Part shown: one piece after another, positions 37,401-64,000 of the stretch
How positions within the stretch are numbered: the first letter of the stretch is position 1
Layout: every line of letters starts with the position of its first letter
Source: Pocillopora damicornis
Lineage: Eukaryota
Direction: 5' to 3'
DNA: 64,000 nucleotides
Assembly (NCBI RefSeq): GCF_003704095.1
Contig: NW_020843935.1
Span: forward strand, 62,001-126,000
Translations under genes and position numbers: made by a program
Notes under the pieces: model-generated
Told to the model about the DNA's origin: nothing
Databases searched by the model: none
What the model saw: the letters and a program-made list of their open reading frames with translations, nothing else

Positions 37401-40400
37401 GCCATGTCCCTGTGTAAATGCCGCAGCAGGCACACAGCCTGTAGGGGCAACTGCAACAGGAACTGTGTCAACTCCCAGTGGGGGTGCCGTAGTTCCTCAG
37501 CTGCAACAAGGTGTTGTGCAGCAGGCACCAGCATCAACCGTAAACCAGATACAACCAATGCAAATCTCTAACGGTGCTACTGCCCTTGCAGCTCCCCCCC
37601 AACCTGGTCTGGTGCCACCATCGCAGCCAGCTTCAGCTCCACCTCTCCCTTCATTATCTGTATTACCTGGACCTCAGGCTCCCGGTGTATCATCGCAACT
37701 TGCATCAGCACCACCTCTGCCCTCTTTAGGGCGGCCAGCCTCAGCGCCTCCTCTCACTTCATCATCTGCATTACCTGGACCTCAGCAACCTGGTCCAGCA
37801 TTACAGCCAGCTTCAGCGCCCCCACTTCTGCCACTTGTTCCTACATTACCACAAGCCCCTAATCCTCCTGTTGTTTCATCGCCTGGAACTCAGTCTTCTG
37901 GCACAGCATCTCAGCCGTCTGCTCAAGCACCTAAACCTTCATCATCTGGTTCTGCTCTAGCGCCTGCTGTTCCACCCCCACTCCCACCCAAACCAGAAAT
38001 TTCTCCTCCAAAAACAACCTCATCAAAGCCAGGTCGGGTCCCGGCTCCTGTATCCCCTGAAGCTGTTCCACAACCTGAGCCAGAAATTCCAGCTCCAGGT
38101 CCTCCTGGTTCGACTGTCCCACCTAAGCCGGAGATTCCAGGAAAAGGGATAAGTACTGGAACGGGTACTGAACCGCCTGGGAACGAAAATACTGCACCTG
38201 AATTAGAGCCACCTCCCACTGATACAGGCTCTCCAGGTCCTGACAATTCAAAGACTCAAGGTGAGTTAGTTGCTCCTCCTCCGGACAACTACGGACCCAT
38301 CGAGATACCAACAGTTCCAGTCTTACCGGGTGAATCACCAACCACTGGTGAGTATCACGTTTAGAGAAATTATAAGTAAAACCGTCTTTGGAGCAGGCGC
38401 GTTTCTTAAACATAATTTTAAAACCGTTGGGACGTAAAGAATGTTATATTTGCAGTATCCTTTTTGAAGAAAACTGCGTTGAAAGATAATGAAGGAAAAT
38501 TTTAGTAGACGTAACTTCATTTTATTGAATGGAAATGAGGAAAGAGTCGAGTTTAACGCGTGAAATGTTACAAAGAAGAAAAAAAGCATAGTTGGATCTA
38601 ATGATCTACTATCCTTTTGAGTTGATGAGTGATCGAAATGGAATGCTCTCCAAACTCTTATCTTTTGGATGGTTATTTCTACAATAGACTCCTTGAGAAG
38701 TTTACTGACAGCTTTTCGTACTTTTTGAAAATATGTTGTTGCTGATTTGTAGGTCTCTATATAAAAATGTTCTCTTTGTGCTGATTTGAATATATTCATG
38801 TAGAAATGCTGGAATGCTTTGTTAAGTGTTTCCATTATCTTTTAGCGATTTTCACTGTAGACTTCAAACCTGAGCATATCACCTTTAAAGTCTAAATCAA
38901 GCTGATGGTGTGCTTGGCTGGAAGCAGTTTCGAGATATTATTCTCTTTCCTTATGTGACATTCAAATCTATTCTTCCCATTTCCAGGTCATTCTCAAACT
39001 ACAAGTTATCCTGTTGGTCCAGGGCCTCCTGGCGCAAATCCAGCACCTCCTAGTTCATCTACCTCTTCCACAAATCCTTCGCCCCCTCTTCCGTCATCGC
39101 CACTCATGAAGAATGCATATCCAGTTCCTCCTCCAGCCCCTCAGGTATTTATCATAAAGGAAAATAGCAATCCAACAAGAGGCCCAGAGGACAGTAAAAG
39201 TGCTGAGGCACTCAATAGTTTAAGCGAATCATTTGAAAGTGCTTTCAAAGAAGCGCTTAAATCAGAACGAAGGAAAATAGGAAAATATAGAAGTCATGCT
39301 AAAGGGCATTTTAGTATTAAACCCGAGGAAGAAGACAATTGGAATACAAAAGACAGCGAAACAGATGATCAAGAGGAGGAGGAGGACGAGGAGAAGGTGC
39401 AGTCTCATGGCGGCTCTCGGAGAGATTTCACCGACGGGGAAGACAGTAAACTCAACGAGGATTTTTCTAACGATGATATAAATGATAATGGCAATGAAGA
39501 TGACAGTAATGATGATGATGGTATTGATGATAATCATGATAATAATGCTGATTCTAATACTGATGAAATAGATGATGATGATCATAGCGATGATAATAGT
39601 GATGACGATGGCAATAATATTGATATCAAGGCGGAAAAAGAGCCGCCATACGACTTGGACCAACCTCGTCATTCTCATGCTCTATCATACTTCAGAGGAA
39701 ATGAGCAAAGATACGAGGGAAGACGCAAAATGTATCCGACAAATAAAGGAAGGAAGTATCAAAGACTTCATGATCGGCATCGAAATGGAAAACAACGCAA
39801 TGAAGAAACGAGAGAGAGTGAGCTGTTGTATGATCGTTCAGTCAACGGTGCTCTCAACCGTGATCGTAATAATGTTCATTCTCGCTATCACAGAAAGAAA
39901 TTTCCATTATCTAAAACAGAAGAGGACGAGGAAATGTCACCAGAACATGATTCCAATTCAATCCATGTAGAAAATGTTCAATACAATCCATTGGAAAATA
40001 CTGAAATTTCCCGCCTTCGTCATGGAGGTGCAAGTAGGACTTTCAAGAGCCCAAAGCATAGTTTAAAATCTCCAGAATCCCCTAAGGAAAAGCACCATGT
40101 GCCTTATAATCATGATAGAATCAAATTTCGTCATTTTCAGGACAAAGGCTCAGACAAGCATGCAGGCCACGATAAAGAGGGTGACCACACCTTCATCAAG
40201 GAACATCATGATCATCATTTGAGCCATTCAAAAACTGCAATGTTACCTGAAGATGAAATCACTGAAGAGTCAGCCTCAACGATTGAAGAAACTAGTTATT
40301 CAGGGCATAATGAGAAGGTTAAATCCTTAAAGTCATTGAAGAATTTCTTAACTTATACACACTACGCGAAAGGTGCGTCTCATCACCTTGTAGAAGACAC

Positions 40401-40587
40401 TCGCACTAAAGACAAAAAAACTCCTCTTGGTACTGTGGAGTCATTTAAATCAGGCAATCATAGGCATTCTAGCAAACATAGCAAATCAAAACAGGAAAAG
40501 GACATTGCAGAGGATTATAGTGAGAGTTCGGGTAATGAATCTGGTCAAAATTATAACAGTGGCGATTATGAAGATATTGGCAGTTAG
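34429..40587 (+). CDS. Gene C: secreted Pro-rich/GYP-repeat/Cys-module protein with Asp/Asn-rich and His-rich C-terminal exon (1252 aa)
   Basis: join(34429..34597,36359..38347,38987..40587). Exon 1 is not in the ORF track and encodes MKIKGEVLLLWQVLCVHWVITLA|GHHRK...QRRIN. Two phase-1 GT-AG introns join it in frame to the 636-aa and 493-aa ORFs. Confidence 0.87.
37003..37200 (+). repeat. Coding 30-nt tandem repeat (consensus QGYPAGENPN, 7 GYP units) in gene C
   Basis: CAGGGATATCCAGCAGGTGAAAATCCAAAT-type units. Confidence 0.95.
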
Positions 40588-40899
40588 GCAAATTTAAGCA
40601 CATTGTTTAAAAATAAGGTTTCTTGTAATAATCTAGACAACTGTCACTTTAAATAAAAAAAATTTTCTTTCTTTCTCTGGCTGAATTTATTTTGTCTCAT
40701 TTTAGTCATGGGAAGGCTTTTTTATGATGTGAATCGCAAAATGCACATGTATGTTTTTCCTTAGCTTTCGATTAGGTTTGCTTTTTCTGCGAGAATATTA
40801 CAGCTGACTGTTTTCAACAGTTGTGGGCTTTCAAAGGATATTTATATCGACCTTGCAATTACGTTATATGTCTTTTTAGACGGGACACGTATCGAGTGA

Positions 40900-41292
40900 A
40901 GAGAGTTCACATGGAGGTAGAGGACCTCAGGTAGGTGAGGTAACCCGCCAAGCCGAGGTGGAAAAATAGCCCGCGTTTACATACAATCTTACAACCCCGG
41001 GATCCCTTGTTGAAGTTACTTTAGAGGTTACTGGCGCACTTGTAAGTGCAACCTGAGCGTAACCCCGGCTTGGCGGTTACCCCACCTTGACACATTTACA
41101 TTGCAAATCGTGACCCTAGCTGTCAGGGTTATCCTACCCAGCAGACCAGGCAACCCGCCTGGCTGGGTCATCCCACTTATCATGTAAACGTGATCAAGAT
41201 AAAATAATAGATTGTATGGACAGGCGGGCTACCCCAACTAGGCGAGTCACCTCATTTACCAGGGGTCTCCCACCTCCTTTAAAACAGGCCCT
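40900..41292. mobile_element. Non-autonomous DNA-transposon-like repeat
   Basis: GC-richer insert with imperfect inverted ends (GGAGGT..GGACCTCAGGTAGGTGAGGTAAC / GTCACCTCATTTACCAGGGGTCTCCCACCTCC) and repeated GGTAACCC/GGTTACCC motifs. Confidence 0.5.
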
Positions 41293-42894
41293 TAACAAAA
41301 TTGGTCCTTTACGGGGCATTGGTCATTTGCCTGTTGAATGCAGAGAACGAGGTATGCGCAGTTCGAAGGAGGGAGAGGATTTAAAGTACCGATTTTTAGT
41401 TAACTTTGAGTTAAGTTGTGCTGTTTTCCTGATAAAAGTAAACATGACGATTGTATTTTTTTTTCTCAGAGGGCACGGTAACGAATCCTGCAATCTGATT
41501 GGTTCTTAGCGCGGTCCGTATTTTCCTATCTCTGCCACGGGCAACGATAACTCTTTCGTGAGTCGCCGAGTACATCCCTACCTTTGTTGCTATTTTTCAT
41601 AAATGTATCTCGCTTTTCTGGCTAGGTAGTATTTTTAAGCAAAGACGTTCGTTGGTCACTACTTCAAGCCGATAAATAACTTATTCCCTCGGTCTTGATT
41701 ACCGCCCTCGGCCTTCGGCGGTACTCAAGACCTCGGGCACAGTTTTTCCTAATACAGACCTCCCGGCTGGCGAATAGCATATGCGGTTTCTTTTTTGCGG
41801 CTTTTCTCGCGTACGAGCCGTACACCAATGGATATAAAAAAGCTTCACAAAAGCAAGTGCATGCGCTTTTTAAACTTCTTTTCTCTTTTTTACCAGGTTC
41901 TTGAAAAAAATCACCTTCTGACGCTAAATCGTCGTCGGTAGAAGTTTTGTTGCAATTTTGAACGCTTTGCAAAATGTTCTTGAGTCTTTCCTTTGTACTT
42001 ATCATGTTATACAATGAATACAGCTAACGGTTTATTTTTTGGAAGAGTGTGATATAACTGAAAAAAATTGAATTGCCGTCTTGTACCTAGTTATACTTCC
42101 AGCATTGACCTATCAGGGTTAGGATTTAGGGTTGGAAGGAAGGAATGGCAAAGGAAGGAATGACCACTTCTTTTTAAACAAAAATATATTTTATTTCCGA
42201 AGTAGGCCTCTTTACAGCTCACATGCCATCGTCACAATTAGGTTATGAGCGGTAATTAAAGATGAGATGAACGAATGATGAATGAATTTTTCTTAATACA
42301 AGGTTCTTAGTTTTGATACAAAATGAACACAAAATGAAATTTTTATGGTTTAACTCGATACAAGCCAATAAGTGTGGCTTTGAGATTTTCCCATTCGTAA
42401 CGAAGAATTTGTAAATGAAGGAAAATTATAAGTAACAATTGTTATGTAATTATGATATGAAACGTCCTATTTGTACCATATACTTAAAGATTATTACATT
42501 CTCGTAACAGATGACTCTAGTAAATTTTTTTTTCCTTTTGAAACCTTTTGAGTCAATTTTCTTAACATTGCTGTAAACAAGTTTATGATGAATCAGGCGA
42601 TCATTTTTCCTATTGTTTTACTCTTTTCTATCCTGAAGCATGATTTTACGTTGTCAGATATTTCAAACATTGCCTCTTCTTTTCAAAGTAGATTGATCAA
42701 TTTACATTTTCCGAGTTACACGTATGGTTATAGCAGAAGAGAAATAAAACTTCCGTCTTCCCTCTCTTATCTGGCATTTGGCCGAGTTCTGCGATAAAAT
42801 AAAGAACACAGAGCTCTTTATTTCGCAGAGTTTTCTTCCTTCTTTCTCCCTTATGAAAACATCTTATAAGTTGTTTAAAAAACTTCTCAGTTTC

Positions 42895-43214
42895 CTACAA
42901 ACTGTATTGCTCTACGTTGGTAAGCTGCATTCCTGAAGTGTTGATGAAAACTTGTACAAATTTTTCTCTCCTCATTGCCGAGTTAAATTTGCGAGCTATC
43001 ATCTGTTCGGTAGCGCCAACAGAGCGAGTGCCTTTGCTAGTTCTCTTTCGTCGTTCATTCTTTGACTCTGTCGCTGTGTCTGTGGAGGTAACCTTCTGCG
43101 TTCCGCCTGGGCTTGTTGGTAAGGTGTCGGTGTGCTTGCTGTAAATGGCCTGCGAGATGAGCCGTAGGGGACTCTCGCCGATGGCGGTATTGTCTTCATG
43201 GGTACTATATGTTG
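42895..43214 (-). CDS. Probable terminal exon of gene E (reading frame uncertain)
   Basis: Good acceptor (TTTTTAATACATATTCAG|) at 43215-43216. The phase-1 reading matches the G|GTAAGC donor at 45409 and stays open to the stop at 42895. A phase-0 reading is also open to 42999. Confidence 0.5.
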
Positions 43215-45408
43215 CTGAATATGTATTAAAAAGGAAGCTTAATAATAAATGACAAAGAAATCGTAAAAAAGTCACAGAAAACAATGCCGCAGCATGATTA
43301 GAAATATTCCCAACTAACTACTCCTTTTTCATATTGCTTGGTTTCATCAAATGAGTTGATGATGTAAATGAGCCACCAAAATGAATTTCTAAAGCCGACG
43401 TTTTTAAGCGTTAACCTGTCGCTCGAAATGTTGATTTTACAGCATTGCCATGCTTCATCTTTTATCATCATTGTCATGATTATAATTTCTATCTGTCATT
43501 GCTATTCGTTTTGTGAATTACTATCGTTAACAGAAATTGGTCAGAGATGATTGGTGAGTCACCTTCCGTGTTAGTGCAGTTTTAATCACAAGAAACAGGC
43601 ATTTAATGAAAATTGTTCTTTTAACTCGTTAGAAAGCAGTCGAATGGTTATAAGATAGAAGCCGCAAAGCTAATTGGTGAAGATAAGACGAAGAAAACAG
43701 CGTTAGAGTATGAAACTTACTGTGTGCCCCTTTGATTTAATAGTTGCAAGAGAAGTCTTAAGTTATCGTTATGTAGCAGACTTACGTCAGAGGAGGTGTC
43801 CACGCATCATGCCTTCCATACACGTTGTCACGTTGTAGTCATCAAATATCGTCAAAGTTTCATTAATTAATGACGATTTATGCGTAAGTTAATGAAAGCT
43901 AAGCTGCAGAAATGTTGATGCATTCATGCCTCATTGCAACATGCTGCTGCATAACAGAATTCAGAGCCTAAGTCCAAAAACCACTGGGAACTCACGTAGT
44001 CCTAAGGAGTTATATTTGGCAGTCCAATGCAAATGAAAATTCCGATTGAAATACCTTCTCATGTAAGAGCACACAAAGGAAATGGGATTGCAGCAGCTAA
44101 TGCATCATTTTGTCTGTAGTCCTCTTTAAATAATTTGGATTTTATGGTTGAATAATTTCGTTAAGGGAATAAATGATCCAAAATTTCCACAATCTGTCAC
44201 CAAAAGTGATTGGGAAGAGGACAGCTAACTCTTTCTGAGACGAAGTCTCGCTATTTCTGTTATTGCACGAATACAGTACGTTTTCGTCCCGTTATGTTTG
44301 CCTCAGTTTTGTTGTCAGGCAACAAATTACCAATATTATGGTACCCTTTTACGGTTAACAGAGGCTTTAAGTATTAACATAAGATATTAGCTTATTAGAA
44401 AGTATCAACCTGTTGATATATTATCTATTTGCCGTGATTTTTTTTATTTCATTATCTTTAGATAATTTCCCGCTTCAAAATTATATTCAATAAGTTAACT
44501 GATGAGCAAATTGCGTTATGAACCAACTTTTTTTGTTACATCACTTCTATTTACATCATTTTTACATACTAAAAATCGTCCAAAAAATACTGTTAGATAT
44601 TTCCCTCCTACTATCATTGTTCAGAGCTCAATTTTAAAAATGTTCAAAGCCTTAGACCGACTCGTAGAGTTGCTTTGTTGCTCTTACATAGCATTTTGCA
44701 GAAATATGCAATTTGCATATACGATATTTGTTTTGATCTTTTCTGTATCATGGTTATGGGTGAGCTGATTCACAGATATTCTTTTGATGAATTGGTGGTG
44801 GTCGTATTTTTTTTTTTTCGTACGTCCAAAATCGTGGTTGGTGTAGGTAGACGAAGGAACGTCGTTATCGGTCTGCTTATTGCATCGTGAGTATGGGTGA
44901 GCTGTTGCTCACTTCGTTTTTGGAGCTGGTAGTGCTGCATAACTGATCTAAGTTTCTATTTGGTCTACACTCAGACGAATCTCCTCCCTGAGAAAAATTT
45001 TTCGCGAGTGTGGATCAAAATGGGACTACCTATGAAAATATTTTCAACTGAGAATTTCAGAGCCAAATTTCAAGTTATCAAAACTGCCAGCTACGGCAAA
45101 CATCACACTAATGAACGACTTTAAAAACGGAAAAAGGCAAGATGCTGAGCCGTGATTGGTTTTGAATTATGCAGCTGATTGCGTGAGAGGCTGGGAGCAT
45201 TTTCTGTACCAATCAAGTAGCATTGTGAGGTGCAACAGTGAATTGCTGTTGCTGCTCATTTGCAGAAAATGGCCCCTTCTGATCCAGTAGTTAGCCTGGA
45301 CGAATGTCTTTCATTACGTTCCTTTCACACCTTTTATGCTGTTTTTACTTTGGTGCAGCGTAGTTTTCTCTTTAGCACCACGTTTTTTCTTTTTCTTTTT
45401 ACGCTTAC

Positions 45409-63880
<18,472 letters not shown>

Positions 63881-64000
63881 CTAGGAATTTTAAATTGCAA
63901 AGAAGTCGTCGGTAAAACGTAACATATTGTTGAGTGATTCGATATCAAGTAAATAACGTGAAGTCTCCGAAGACAAGTGACTCATAACTACCCGATCATG

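Noticed and set aside
29889-40587. Calling B and C minicollagens or cnidoin
   Set aside because: No Gly-X-Y tract, and the Cys spacing differs from the canonical CRD; only the design is analogous
41664-42014. 116-aa minus-strand ORF
   Set aside because: Its C-terminal part runs into a dispersed repeat (~41440-41780); no domain or splice support

Overview
Eukaryotic, intron-rich and AT-rich animal DNA with six N gaps. It is most likely a stony coral or other anthozoan, inferred from the repeat families, the Penelope-type hammerheads and the LamG3 variant. I reconstructed seven spliced genes by hand and checked splice-site phases. (1) A minus-strand tandem-PH-domain protein with a long acidic N-terminus (2503-6925). 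(2) Head-to-head with it, a mitochondrial type II (alternative) NADH dehydrogenase resembling plant NDA (12411-15065). (3-6) Four consecutive orphan genes for secreted, disordered proteins: D 18251-23270 (+), A 25744-28833 (-), B 29889-32512 (+) and C 34429-40587 (+). The signal-peptide first exons of B and C are missing from the ORF track. A, B and C share short conserved motifs, and B and C also share GYP repeats and a CxCxCx3Cx3Cx2C module. (7) A 5'-truncated minus-strand gene with at least 18 EGF modules, one LamG3 domain and an approximately 780-aa low-complexity tail (about 42895-63880). Genes 3-7 look like a clustered extracellular structural-material locus, which is the main candidate for a new system. 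Also present: a Penelope-like retroelement with an intact-looking type I hammerhead ribozyme, a second degenerate hammerhead, about 10 TTAA-flanked piggyBac-type MITEs, SINEs and a degenerate ~125-bp tandem array. No rRNA, tRNA or CRISPR array was seen.
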